From the NCBI GenBank assembly GCA_023231475.1, contig JALJEE010000958.1:1-64000 (forward strand): DNA of 64,000 bases, given 5' to 3'. Below the pieces are notes generated by a model that saw only the letters and a list, made by a program, of their open reading frames with translations, did not search any database and was not told where the DNA came from. Positions 24,362 through 37,963 of this stretch are shown here, in pieces. Made by a program: the position numbers and the translations under genes. Source of the stretch: Seison nebaliae (lineage: Eukaryota). The stretch's first letter is position 1, and each line of letters starts with the position of its first letter.

Positions 24362-26571
24362 ATGGATTGTCAAGAATGGGAAGCGAATGCTAAAAAGAAA
24401 CAATTAGACAATCCGGAGAGACGTAGTGTTGATAAGCAGTTGATTGCATTACAGAAGAATTATCGTCAATTGGAATTACGTTGTCGTCAATATGAGGAAG
24501 AGACGAACGCTCAACTTAATTCAAAGAAGTTTTCATTTTCATGTGACAATTTAAGAAAATATTTGTATGAATAAAAATTTAAAGATTTGAAATTCGAGGA
24601 TTAATTAAAGAACGAGATGAGTTACAAGAGAATATTCCGACATTAGGTCAAGATAAGAATAAGGGAGATGAAGTCAGATTAGAACGAGAAATAGAAGAAT
24701 TACAAAAGGAGCAACTTCAGTTAAAAACGAAAATTGCAGGACAAAAAACAGAATTAGATGAATTAGAACATAAAGTTCTTCAGTTCTTCTACAACTATTT
24801 TCAATAACTATAACAATAATTAGATAAGAGCTGAACAGAAGAAGTTGAATGAACAGAAACATCGAGTTGGAGGATATTGTGGGAGACAGAATAAGAAAGA
24901 AAACTTGACGAAAAAAATTCGACAAGCTGAAGAGAAATTGCACTTGGTTATTATTAAGATTAATTTTATTGAATTTAAAATTATTTTAATCATTATCAAT
25001 TCGATAGGCTACTCAAAGATATAATAATACGATAAAAGAGAATGCCGAATATAGATCGAAGATAACTCATTTGATGACAGAAAGGAAGAAACATATAAAA
25101 CGTCATGAAGAACTTTGTCAACAATTACAGAATGTAAAGAAAGAAGTCTTGTCCGTAGTAAATGAATGTACGAGAGTATTCGATTTAAAGTTTTTCATTT
25201 TTTCAAAGATCTTCTTCTTTATTCTATGATTTGTAGACGTGATCTTCAAGGTAAATTAGATGCTGTAAGAGATAAGAACGCGAGAGATCAGGATAAGTAT
25301 ATTAGTAAGATTCGTCTCCTTCAATCTGATATTGAGAGTAATGAAAAACTGAAGAAATTTATCGAAAATAAACTGTCGAAACGTGAGAAATATAAAACAG
25401 AAATAAAAGACATCAAATCAAGTGATAAAGCAAGTAGAATATTTTAAAGTAATTTCTCGACTATTCCACTGTAAAATTTCAATTGAAATTTTGTAGATCA
25501 AAAGAAGAAACTCAACCCGATCACTACAGCAGACGATTTCAATGATCCTGAAGTTCAGAGGATGATCGAAGAATTATATGTCCAATTTGAACAAGGAGAT
25601 TTGGATCCGTTTTCCTTATTCCGTCACGTCAATGCTTTGACAAATGAAGTTTCCACATAATCATCTTATTCTCAATCTTCTTCTACCAATTCTTAACAAT
25701 CAGATTCAAGATTTACAAAATCAAATTCAACAAATCGAGAGCGATATAGAGACGATAACGCGGATCACTAACGAAACTAATTCATATCGTCAAGCATTGC
25801 TACAAGAAATGGAAGTGAGAATTGGAGTTTTGAATTTATTCAAATTAAATTGTGTTTTTAGGAGAAATATGTGTGGAATGTAACGAAAGAGGAAGATTTA
25901 GATCAGAAGATTAAAGAAGATGAAGTATCATTACAGGAATTATTTAAAGAAGTGGAAGAAACTTATAAATATTTAGATTGTCATTCAGATGATCTTCGTG
26001 CTTATGAAAATGGTAATTTTTATATTTTTTAATTAAATGAGAATTTCTAATGAGTTTTTAATGAATTCCATTATACAATTAGGTGAAGAACAAATCAATG
26101 AAAGTAATGTGATTTATTTCTTGAAAGAAATTGAATTAAGAGCAAATAAATATATGACTCTCTTCTATTTTAGTGGACAAGAAACAGGTGGTGGACAAAC
26201 CTTGCAACAAGGCGGCTCAATCAGACCTTCAGGTGAACTTTATTGAAATTCAATTTATTTGTCACAATTTTTCAGGACAAACTCTCAATGAAACATTTTC
26301 GAGTTATGGAAAATTGCATACAACAAAGAAGATTCAAATGACAGATGTTAAAGATCGAACAGTAACGTTGGATGCGATGACTTTAGAAACAGAAGATCCT
26401 AATAAAGTTTCAAATAAATTAAATTAAATTTGAATGTGATTCACGTTGTTCAATTTCCAGCATAAGGAGAGAGGCAAGGGAAAGAAGATGAATAAACCGG
26501 TGGGAATCCTGTCAGCTGATTCAATGGATACAGAGTCGATGGATAGTGTTAATGGTAATGATAATATTTAA
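24362..26571 (+). CDS. Outer dynein arm docking complex subunit (CCDC63/CCDC114-ODAD1 family), ~11 exons
   Basis: Spliced LQKNYRQLE..RQYEEE, IRQAEEKLHLATQRYNNTIKENAEYRSKITHLMTER, FSLFRHVNALTNEIQDLQNQI. Confidence 0.75.
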
Positions 26572-26684
26572 GAAAAATATGAATATTTTATAAATTAATA
26601 AAGCTGAGAAATTTTGAGGGAAAAATCGAATGTTTTTTATAATTTATCGTATCCTAATTGAATTGGATCCGTTTAGATCAATAT

Positions 26685-26699
26685 GTTTGTCATGGCAAC
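26685..26699. promoter_or_regulatory. X-box-like site upstream of the orphan gene at 26913
   Basis: GTTTGTCATGGCAAC. Confidence 0.55.
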
Positions 26700-26912
26700 A
26701 TGTCGAAAGGGAAACATAAGATCTTCAAAATTTTATTTTTGCCTCCAATCCAATTTTTGTTAACATAAAAATATTTTTTTTCTAGTGCAGTCTGATAAAT
26801 ATTGATTTAAGTATTATTTTAGAGAATTGGAATAAAGGAGAAGGTTTAACATTAACAAAATTATTCGTCACATTCTTAATCAGAAATACGTTATAAGAAG
26901 AGACTTGGTGGA

Positions 26913-27926
26913 ATGAGTTCAAACAATTACCCATATCCGCCTCATGCCATCATACATAAGAAAACAACGAACAATAATCAAGTAGAGAGCACGAATGACG
27001 AAGATCTTCCTACTTCGACGAATGACGATGTGGAGAACAATTATGAAGATGCAAATACGATAAACGATTCGAATGATCTTCCACAAACATCATCGCCAAC
27101 CAACAACAATGGCTATGAAGAGAATGAAGCGAACAATGATGAAGAAGACAGAGATACTGTTTCCATGCAATATTATAATAAATTTCAGGAGAAGGCTCGA
27201 CGAGCTACTGGAGACAAGAATCCGAGACAAAATCAAAGTGAAACTCCTTCCGAACAACAACAATACGCTTATCAACAAGCTCAGTCAAGGAAAATGCCAA
27301 AGCAATTCAATCTTTATCAGCAACCAGTTAATTATAAAAATAAAGGATATAATGGATCTGCATTCCCATTGAGATCATCTGAATCAAGACATAATAGTTC
27401 ACAAAATATTCCTAACAATAACAATAACAATAATAATAATAATAGCAGATCAACTTTTAGTTATTCGAATAATCGACAAAATGATATGAGAAGACAACAA
27501 CAAGTTGAATATCAGAAAAGATCGAGATCATATCAAAATTATAAGTCGGCAGATAATGATTCACAATATTCAGATAATCCATATAATCAACATAACTCTC
27601 CTTCTAATCCTCACAATTCTCAAATGTCGGAACGACAACAACAACAAGAAGCTCAACAATATTCACCAATTCCCAACATCCCTTACGGCTATCCTAATGT
27701 TCCTATGATGCCCGTTGTTACACCAAGGTCACAATTCGCTTTATATTCAAACAATGTGCTACCACCAATCCCACCTGCGCAACCAATGCCCGTTCCCCAA
27801 TATCCTATGTATCCGATGCAATATATGTACAATTCGATGGATGGGTCATACGTACCATATCCGTATAATGGCACTATGGCGCAAATGCCGAATCAACCGA
27901 TGTTTTATTCTCCGAAAAAACAGTAA
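26913..27926 (+). CDS. Orphan low-complexity protein (acidic N-terminus, Q/N-rich middle, P/Y/M-rich C-terminus)
   Basis: 337-aa uninterrupted ORF; no recognised domain. Confidence 0.75.
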   Translation: MSSNNYPYPPHAIIHKKTTNNNQVESTNDEDLPTSTNDDVENNYEDANTINDSNDLPQTSSPTNNNGYEENEANNDEEDRDTVSMQYYNKFQEKARRATGDKNPRQNQSETPSEQQQYAYQQAQSRKMPKQFNLYQQPVNYKNKGYNGSAFPLRSSESRHNSSQNIPNNNNNNNNNNSRSTFSYSNNRQNDMRRQQQVEYQKRSRSYQNYKSADNDSQYSDNPYNQHNSPSNPHNSQMSERQQQQEAQQYSPIPNIPYGYPNVPMMPVVTPRSQFALYSNNVLPPIPPAQPMPVPQYPMYPMQYMYNSMDGSYVPYPYNGTMAQMPNQPMFYSPKKQ

Positions 27927-28464
27927 TCTAATTAGAAATTTCTGTTATATGAATCGCGTATTTTAACATATATAATAAACTTAATCTTAATTTGAAAGAG
28001 TTCCAATTCTTTAGAACTGTTTATTTCGTTCGTTCTCTCTAATATTTTGACTTACGGAAAAAAAACGATTTTTGTCGACATTGTAATTCAAAGGATATAT
28101 TCATAAATTATTGTATAAAATAACACATTAGCTCCGAATTTTGTTGGGAGATTTAATCGATCGATAAACTTTTGTTGCTTAACTACGAAACTTCATCAAG
28201 AAACCTTATAATAAAATATTGAATTTATTTTATTCTTTTTTTATTCTATCAATAAACTTCTTTTTATTTTTTTGAAGTATAACTTACTTCAAAATGGATA
28301 AATAATGTTACCAATCAAATCATTGTTCGACAGGTTTATATAGGAATTGAATTCATTTATCATAACTCTCTTTCGTCAGTTCAATTTAGATTTGTCATAA
28401 ATATCAATTCATTTACCTCCGTTTTGGTTTTATTGTTCTTTCGATTGTGTTTTATTCGAAGGGA

Positions 28465-29157
28465 ATGTCCACCTCAATGAAGAAGAAAGATACGACGAAA
28501 AATATCTTTTCAAACAACCAAACAAATAAGGCGTATGCTCCAACACCTTCTTTGTATCCACCGATGTTTGTTCCGGTGTCTGCGAGAGAAAATCCAAAAT
28601 TAGTTTTCTCTCAAAATGTTGCAGCCGTACCACAACCAGTTATGCCAACAGTTCCACTCAACAACAAAGGAAAACAACAACAAATGCCAATGCATCCATA
28701 TTATCATCCGCTCTACTATCCACCTTTATCAAAGAGTTCATCCAAGAAACAAACGATGTCACAACCGCTCGTTTATCCTCCATATGCTCCCTATTATAAT
28801 CCTTGGATGATGATGCCACCTCCGATGATTCCAGTTAATTCCTTCGAAAATGAGGACACAGACGACAATAAGAAGAAGAATGTAGCCCCGCGTCATACAA
28901 ATGGTGCATATCACAGAGCTAATCCGGTCGATAATTATATTCCAAAAAGTGGAGATATTATTGTTCCTGCTAATTATAAGCACGTGAGAGCGAGAGTACA
29001 TCATCAGGACGAATTCAGTAGCGCTCCCTCTCAATCGATGAAAGAACTAGACACAAGCAAATCCCAATCAAAGAGTCTGGATAAGAGCAATAGTTTGAAT
29101 TCACCTGGTACTTCAAAACTTTCGAAAAAGTCGACAAAAAGCTCCTCATCCAAATGA
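28465..29157 (+). CDS. Orphan Pro/Tyr/Met-rich basic protein
   Basis: ~230-aa ORF from ATG 28465; composition resembles the C-terminus of the upstream orphan. Confidence 0.7.
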   Translation: MSTSMKKKDTTKNIFSNNQTNKAYAPTPSLYPPMFVPVSARENPKLVFSQNVAAVPQPVMPTVPLNNKGKQQQMPMHPYYHPLYYPPLSKSSSKKQTMSQPLVYPPYAPYYNPWMMMPPPMIPVNSFENEDTDDNKKKNVAPRHTNGAYHRANPVDNYIPKSGDIIVPANYKHVRARVHHQDEFSSAPSQSMKELDTSKSQSKSLDKSNSLNSPGTSKLSKKSTKSSSSK

Positions 29158-32100
29158 GAGCGAATGAAACTTTAATTAGAAATACTCGTTTATCTCTCCT
29201 TCATAATTAATATCACTTCAATGTTCAAGGATAAAAATCTCATATTTTCTTCTTCAGTTTTTGATAAGATATGTTTTATAAATTTTAATAAATAAATATA
29301 TTCCATCGAAATTAACATTTATGGGTACAAAAATAAAAAGAAACGAATTCCACCAAATTTCGTTCGTTACTAGTTTAGATAAAGATATATATGGTTCGTC
29401 TAGTTAATATCCAGTAGTTATCTCTCGCAGTTGCTTTATCCATGGACTTCCGATCTTGTAGTATTCCACTTTTAATCTTGTCCATTTTTCTAATGTTTCC
29501 TTTTTTCACCGGTAAATAAATATATTGTATTGTATAATTTTGCGATAGAGAAACGAACAAACGAAGCCGGATAAGAACTAGATAATGACCATATATTTCG
29601 AAGGGAGAAAGTAAATCCACCAACAAGAAAGACAAAATCGGGAAGAAAGAAATTCATTATAAGTAAATTAGATTGATAAGTACTATCTGTCTTAAAAAGA
29701 TCAATTTATCCCTATTCCTAAAATTCTAATGAAGTACTTCCGCAATATCCTTTCTACAATTTTCATTCATCGACAACATCTCCATTGAAATGCTTAATGT
29801 TCATCCATCGGTCGTTGTCCTCGTTGTTATTGGAGTAGTAGGCAGAAGAACAAGCATCAAATATGCAAGATGTTCTCTCACTCAACTATCCGTCCAAGTA
29901 AATGTCGGATAAATATGCGCAATTTTAGTCTCTAATAAAGCATTAGACGGAATTGAATTGCGAAATGTTTCATTTATATTAATTTCTCTAAGTATAATTA
30001 GGTAATGTGTTAAAGTTCAAATTTATATAATTCTCATTCTGCCCACTTCTTTTCGTTTTTATTTTCACCTTCTCGGTTCAACAGCAACGATTCTCAACTT
30101 CTTTCGTTTACTACTCCACTTGCTCATGATTATCCCAATAATTTTTGTCTGAAAATAGAAATTCTTTCAAAATTATAATGTAAGATATGTTGTGAGAGAA
30201 TGTGGCCAAATTGTTTTTCTTCAAACTTCCCGTCCAAAACATATACCTTCCATCATCTCAATGACTGATTTGAATACAATAAGTCCAATCGACTAGTTAA
30301 TGAATAAGCGGATATCCAGCAATTTATTTCAAATAACTGAACACTTAAAGAACAACTATTATCATGCATTATTATCACGCGCTAAAGAAAAGCAGTTCTA
30401 TTACACTTAACATAAATTTTTAAATTTTATACTTCTTCTTTCTCCCTTCTTCGTCCGCTATTAGATTTCTTCATGTTTTTCCATCAAACAAAAATTCAAG
30501 TTGTTTCTGAACATAATATTTCCATTTTGGACAGGGGCTGGTCTCCGAGTAAAACGAAACAGATGTTACACAATCAACAGAACATTTTCCCCCATTAAAT
30601 CGACTTGCAAACCATCCCATCCTTAACACGGCTTAGTAACAAGTGATAATCTCAATGGAAGGATATTTATTTTTAGACCTTCTTATTCCAATGCATTTCT
30701 ATTATTACCATCATACTCATAAGAAGATAGAAATGATGCACCAGAACGATTGATGTCTCTTTCGTTCGTATTTTCTTCTTTAAATTAATTCAAATAAGAT
30801 AAGAAATTTAGAATAGTTGACAACATTTCCATTACTTCCCTCCAACTTTTACATAAGAACATTCTGGTTGCAGAATTTCATCTTTTCTTTCAATTTGAAA
30901 AATATTCCTGAATAAATGAATAATTTGCAAGTAGAAAGTATATAATTGGAAAATAATAATTTTTTAGAAATTGCATGTTTCATTTTTTTCAGGAAAACGA
31001 ACATTATATTTCGACGATATTCCTTTAAACTTAATTCCTTGAAGATAAGTAACAATGGAAATTTTACTTCAATTATAGTTCTAATGGAATACGAGTGATA
31101 TATTTGATAAGGAATAAGAAAGCTTCAACATTTATTTTCCGCCTTCTTCAGAACTATAATTTACATTGTCGAGAATCACTTTCACTTCGTATGTTGCGAT
31201 GGTTTTCATTCCATTAAATCGATTAAACAACAAATGCATGGGGAAAAAATACGATGTCTCTAGTTGATCCTTCTCGTTCTTTTTCATTTGAAACAATTTT
31301 TATAAGAATTAAATCAAAAAATTACTTTTTATTGCTTTCCGATAACTTCAATCCCATTCATCTCTTTTCCCTTATTATTAATCAAATTTGGATAAGATAG
31401 TCGATGAAATCGGATATGAAACACTCGTATGATATTGGATTCCGATTAGAATTTAAATATTTTTAATCAGATTAAAAACGTCCAAGTCCAAGAAAAATCT
31501 TTTACATGAAAAAGTTGTTCTATTTTCATAAAATCAAACTCGAAATAATTGAAAAGGAATTCTAAATTTGAGAGTTATGTTAATTAAATGTGACAATGAA
31601 AAACAATTCATGTGTTTAATCATCCAAGGAATAACAGTGAATGAATAGAAAAGTATTTTGAGAGAATTTAATTTAAAATGTATCATATATCAATCTTTGT
31701 TCATTCATTCGTCCTGAATTTGTAAGTCAAGCTAGAAATTTTGTCTTCCTGCTCCGTATTGATTTGAAAAGAAATGTTATTTCTTCCTATACGATCCCAA
31801 ATTTTATTCATGAAATGAGAGTTGTGAGATTGAAGAAATCATAGAAATAGTACGACAATACATATCGGAGTTGGTTGTTGCTCGGCACAATTGTTGCCAT
31901 TTATCTCCATAAATATTTATCACCTTATACCGAATTTGTAAATAAAGCAAATAGAAAAGGAAAATTAAGAGGATAAAATTGACCATTATGAAATAAATAA
32001 CCAATTATTATGGTTAAGCAGAATAAAGGAAATACTTGTGCGAAAGATACGAAAGAGCCAAAGAAGTAGATAAAATCCATTTGAATAGTATATAGTTGTT

Positions 32101-32957
32101 TTCCTGAAAAATAATTGTTCGATTGGTTAATGATCGAAGGTCTACACTAGAAAAGTGTTAGGTAATGTCAAGAGTAATGGAAAAGAATAGGGTTTTCCAA
32201 ATACAATTTTTTTTGTTTCAAACGGAAATCTTCTTTATTCTCATGAATGCTAATCCTTCATATCTTTAAGAAGGAAGTTATTGGTATTAGAGATTGTTAT
32301 TCCACCGTTCCTTAAGAATACGTAATTATTTATATTCAATTTTTACTTGAAAGACTAATAATAATCATCATCATGATCATCATCACGATCATCATCGGAA
32401 TATGGTTATGATAAAAATGAAAAATATTTATGTGGGAATAGACAAAAATGTCTTGAATAGATAGCGAATGAAGAAGAGATGAAATATTATCCTTCTTTTC
32501 CTTCATATCATTGACACATAATGGTGAGCTGCTTAATTTTATTTATTTTCCATTTTTCAGATTTCCCATGTTGCAATACGAATTTAGATAGGAAAGAAGA
32601 AATCATATTTTTTTCGCGCGCTGGATATACTTATATCTAGTTGATGGAAGAAAACTGGAGAAGCATTGATGACTTTTCATAATTTTCACTCAATCAATTC
32701 ATAACGGATATCATTAGGGTTTCCGTAATCTAATGAACAATTTCACAAATTAATATATTTCATTCTCAGTCTAATTTTACGAGACGACGAAAAAAAATAT
32801 TAATAATCACGAACAATTTCGTTGTCGCTCATCATAAATAAGAAGAGAATATTCGTGTTTAATCATCTTATTCTCATTTCTGCATCATCCTCATTCTTCT
32901 GGTGAAATAATAAAAAGAAGAATTCAAATAATAAAAAGTTGAAAAGAAAAAAGAATA

Positions 32958-34558
32958 ATGCGAAATATTAGCGATTGTGTTGCTAATGATTCATGTTGCT
33001 CGATTGATAATCTTCTTTTCCTCATTTCAAAATATATTATACCTAAACCCACTTCAACTTTGCCTGTACTATCTTCGTCAGCACCGTCTTCTTCTCCTTC
33101 GTCCACTTTGGGATATGGGAATGATTGGAAGGCATTGTCGGATGAAGCGGAAAATATTATTATGCAGATACTCTTCATCTGCTATATCTTCATCTTTACG
33201 ACTGGAGCTATATTGAATGGATGTGTCATCGGACTAAGTTTACTTTCACGAGATTTAAGGAAGCAAAAACATTTCTTTATCATTAATTTGGCTGTGGGTG
33301 ATTTACTTATGTGCACGGCCACTGCACCATTGACACTCGCTCAATTATTTTTGGGTAACGGTGCAAAGCAAGTTACATGGTTACCAATCGACGAAGAAAC
33401 TTTCACTAATTGGCGTCATTCGGAAATGTTGTGTCGTATACCAATTTGGTTGAAAACGGTGAATATTTTAGTTTCCGTTTTTACGGTAATTGCCATATCG
33501 ATGGACCGAGTTAAACGATTTGAGAATCGAGTTATTCGTTGTCCTAAAAACAAACATAATAATGTTTGTTCTAAATTGGTCCATATTTTCAGATGTAAAA
33601 CATTTGCTACTCACAAAGTGGAATTCATCGCCATAATCATCATCTGGTTATTGGCATTATTTATTCCAGCACCTCTTTATTTCACCACCAAATTGAGACG
33701 CTTCGCTTGTAATGAAACACAATGTCAACATGTTTGGAATGAGAATAATATTCTGATTGATCGATTTCGTCGTTTGTTAACGGAACCGTTAATGCGATAT
33801 CATAATGTCATATCGAGAACAACAGCACTTCATAATTCATCCGCCTTCTCCTTCATTAAATTCAATATTCTTCAAAGTGAACAGTTAAATTATGCTACTC
33901 AATTAACTAAATTATTCTCAAGAAAAGATCGAGAAGTTAATGTTATTGCCGTTTGCTATAACATTCTTTTAACTATTTCCATATATGTAATTCCAACAAT
34001 CAGTGTCATTGTTCTTAATTATCGAATTTATCATATAATCAAACCGAAAAAACATTTATTCCATCTCACATCCAACAAATTCGAGACGTCAATGAACGAC
34101 ATTTCTCACATAAATCGATTGATCAAAAAAGAAATTATTTCTATTGGCATTTGTCGATTGAGAACGCCGACGACCAATACGGAAACAGATCGAAAATTAT
34201 CTCAGACTCATTCTATGAAACGAACAAAAAGTAAACAGACAAAAACAAATAGATCATCCATTACCAGTAAATTAGGTATACGTCAAGTTTCTTCATGGCC
34301 GCGAAAACGGTATTTCAGTCGATATCAAAAATGTAAATTAAGCAAGAAAGATAGATGTCATTCTCTTCAAAATTTCACCGGATCCTCACCAAACGATGAC
34401 AGTCGCCAGACGAATACTCCAAAACCAAACAAACAGGTTGATTCCAAAATCATTCAATTGAGAAGATTTCCAGCGATCATTGATGAAGAAGATCATATGG
34501 AGACATTATTACAAAATAATGAAAATGGTATCACATCTAAATCTACTACTACTACTAC

Positions 34559-34591
<33 letters not shown>

Positions 34592-35120
34592 AAATAATAA
34601 TAATAATGAAAATAATAATAATAATGAAAATAATAAGAATAACAAAATTTTTAAAAAGAATGAAAATATGAAAATGCATGATCTTAAAAAGAATTATAAT
34701 CATAAAACTTTAAAAAATACAATTCAACAGAATAACAACAATAACAAGAATATAAATAAGAATAGTAATACGATGGAAGAAAGAAAATCGATCATGAAGG
34801 AATTTCGAACAGATACTGATACGAAGATTCCGATGATTAAAAAGAAATCGAGACAATTACAAAAGAGAAAGCAAATTGGTAAGTTACTTGCCGCCATCAC
34901 TGTCAACATTGCTATATTTTGGCTTCCATTAACACTCTATCATATAATTGCTGATATTAATCCGGATTTAGTTGAATCATCAATTTTCCGTTATATTCTC
35001 GGTTACATCCAGTGGATGACATTCATTCCATCAGCAATTAATCCCATTCTTTATGGAATACTCAATTTCCATTACCGTCAAAGAATTCTCAAATTTCATC
35101 AAAGATTATTTAACAAATAA
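32958..35120 (+). CDS. Rhodopsin-class peptide GPCR (NPY/NPF/PrRP-receptor-like), single exon, very long ICL3
   Basis: INLAVGDLLMCTATAPLT (TM2), AISMDRV (TM3), WLLALFIPAP (TM4), IFWLPL (TM6), AINPILYGILN (TM7). Confidence 0.9.
34547..34640 (+). repeat. Coding (ACT)n/(AAT)n microsatellite giving poly-Thr/poly-Asn in the GPCR ICL3
   Basis: Direct reading of the sequence. Confidence 0.95.
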
Positions 35121-35258
35121 TTAATTTTCCATTGAATATTTTTACTCTCAAAATTAAATTCTATTTTTATTTACTTCTAAACAGTACAGAATATAAGTCA
35201 CCACAAGACGAAATGGAAATACGAAAAATTATTAAACTTCCTAAAATTAATTTTTAAT

Positions 35259-37349
35259 TTACTTCCTCGCTTGTAAATTATTTCTTTTTGGTTCTAAAAA
35301 CACTTCCACAATTTCTTCGATGATATCTTTAAACGGTTTCTTCGCTGATGATTTACCTGTCATTTTCGTGATCTTCTCTGAATAATATTTGATTTTTGGT
35401 TCAGTTCCACTTGTTCGTACTGTCAATTGGATATCGCCATCAAAATGAATGATAATCATTTGTGCTGTCTTGTCCACCGGTAATGACGGTTTTGATGCAC
35501 TCATCAAAGTGCCATTTTTCACAACTACATCAAATCCGGCCGTTAAATCGATAATTCTCTTAATTTTATAATTTGCCAATTGTGCCGGATATCGAAGTTC
35601 TACATCTTCCGATGTCACCAGAAGTCCATCAGGATAAGATCGAACACGATTAAATATTGTCCTAATAACCGCTTGATCGTCACAAATATAATAAGAATTG
35701 TTTGTTTCACTCTTACCAAATTCTTGATAGATGTTTTCAAGATGTCTTGATATGAATCCTGGTTTATTATCCTTCGTATATTGTTCCATTGCTAATTGAT
35801 GGAAATAGGCGATGGCACTAACACCATCTTTATCTCGAATTGCAGGATTGCACATAAATCCAATTGCTTCTTCGAAAGCGAAAATTGTTTCCATTTTCTT
35901 TTCTTTCAATACTTTATCCGCTTCATTTCCCATCCATTTGAATCCAGTGAGTGTTTGAATGAATTGCATTCCATATTTTTTTGCAATTCCTTTCAACAAT
36001 GCCGATGATACGACCGTCGTTATAACACATTTCTTCCCATCTTTCTTTTCAGCATTTTTCTTTATTAAAAAATGACCTAACATTGTACCGATTTCATTTC
36101 CGTTAAACATTCTCCAACTACCATCCTCTAATTTCTCTCCACAATCCATTCGATCAGCATCAGGATCATTAGCATAAATCAATACAGATTTCGATTCATT
36201 AGCAGCTTTCTTTCCTTCATCCATCACTGAATCACCTTCTTCAGGATTAGGAAAAGTGACAGTTGGAAATTCAGGATCAGGTTCATTCTGTGACTTCACT
36301 GGAACGAATGGTTTATATCCAAACTTCTTAAACATCTCTTTCACAGCAATGGCACCAACACCATGGAATGCAGTATATGTACATTTCGGTTGTTTCATCT
36401 CTTTCACATTGACATATTCTCGATAAATATTATCAAGATAATCTTGAAGAATGGTCTATTAATTCCCCTTAAACATTTTCCCATTTTCAAATAAATTAAA
36501 CTTTATAAAATTTTAAATCTACTGTCACTTTTCGTTCGGCGATGGGTTGAATCGATTTCTCTTCACGGAAACTTTCCATTGCTCTCGCAATAAATTGATC
36601 TCGTGGTGAACAAATCTAAAAATAATTAATTCTTCATAATTCATTTAACATTCTTTAAACTTGTGCTCCATTGCTCCAATAAATTTTATATCCATTATCT
36701 TGTTTTGGATTGTGACTCGCTGTAATCATAATTCCAACATCAGCTTCCAATTTTTTCACGGAAAATGGAACGAATGGTGTTGGAACAGTATGTCCGAATC
36801 GATGTACTTTGAATTTTTCACGTTCGAACACTGTGGAAACTAAACGACTCCAACTAATAGAATTTGAAAGAAAAATCATCCAATTGAAAAATCATCCAAT
36901 GAAGAATTAAACTATTCACTATAATGTCTCGCATCAAATCCAATAACGACAGATAATTCCGGTTTATTCGGATTACATTCTTTCACATATTTTGCGAGAC
37001 CAAGAGACGCATGAGATACAGTCACGTCATTCATAGCATTAAATCCACATCCTGTTCTGCCTCTTAGACCTGAACAGGAATAATTCAAGAAAAAAAAATT
37101 TTTAATTTGGAAAAACACAAATCGATATTACCTGCCGTTCCCAATTTAATATTTGTCAAGAAAAGTTTTTCTAATAATTTCGTATTGTTATCCGCTTCAA
37201 ATTTCGCTAATTCATCGAGGAATGCTTTATTCTATAAAGAAAGAGAAATCGATGAAAAGAAAAAAAATGTTGATGAGATCGACCAAATGCTAAAAATAAA
37301 CTTGCTCTATTTTACGATAACTATCCGTTAACTGTGCTAATTCACTCAT
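35259..37349 (-). CDS. PGM2: Phosphoglucomutase-2/phosphopentomutase; 6 exons
   Basis: GTAGLRG, GFDARH, MITASHNPKQDNGYK, ANDPDADR, FAFEEAIG, RTSGTEPKIKYY. Confidence 0.95.
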
Positions 37350-37523
37350 AATGGAAAACTATCTAATTGATACGGATGTACAAAAATATGAGGAATTTGT
37401 TTAGATAAAATTGAAAAATTCAATTTGACAAAAAGAAATGAGAAATTGAAACGAAAATTTATATACATTTTTTTTCTTAAACTTTTATAATACGAGAAAA
37501 TTTTTCTTTTTGCTTTTGTTTAC

Positions 37524-37579
37524 AAAAAAGAGAAAAAGAGAAAAAGAGAAAAAGAGAAAAAAAGAGAAAAAGAGAAAAA
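37524..37579. repeat. (AAAAAGAG)n-type simple repeat between SPT2 and PGM2
   Basis: aaaagagaaaaagagaaaaagagaaaaagag... Confidence 0.9.
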
Positions 37580-37963
37580 CATAGAGAAAGAATAGATTAA
37601 TGGGATGGAAAGGAAATTATTTCTTTCAATTAACAAAATTCCACATCATTTTAATTCATCATTTTTCTTTAAAAATTGACCATAAAAAAAAAGACGAAAT
37701 AATTAAAGTTTCGTTTCATAAATTAAAAGGGAAATTTGTAGTAAGGGAATTGATAGTAATATTAATGGAATATGTTGTATATGTCGAGAAGTGGAAAAGT
37801 TATGGCGAAGAAAATGAGAAAAGACAAATCGAAGTTTGGAAATGATTTAATAATAGCTTGACAATTCGAACAGGTTTGAGACAAAGGAAACACTTTTTAA
37901 CAAAAACATTTCTAAAGGAGTTGAAACGTAGTTTATGAGAAAGTGAAATTAGTTTTTTCTCTT

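Noticed and set aside
29375..30130. Possible spliced minus-strand gene (MSKWSSKRKKLRIVAVEPR...)
   Set aside because: Could not build a consistent multi-exon frame or recognise any homology
34480..34909. Ile-rich short ORFs in alternative frames
   Set aside because: Shadow translations of the AAT microsatellite inside the GPCR
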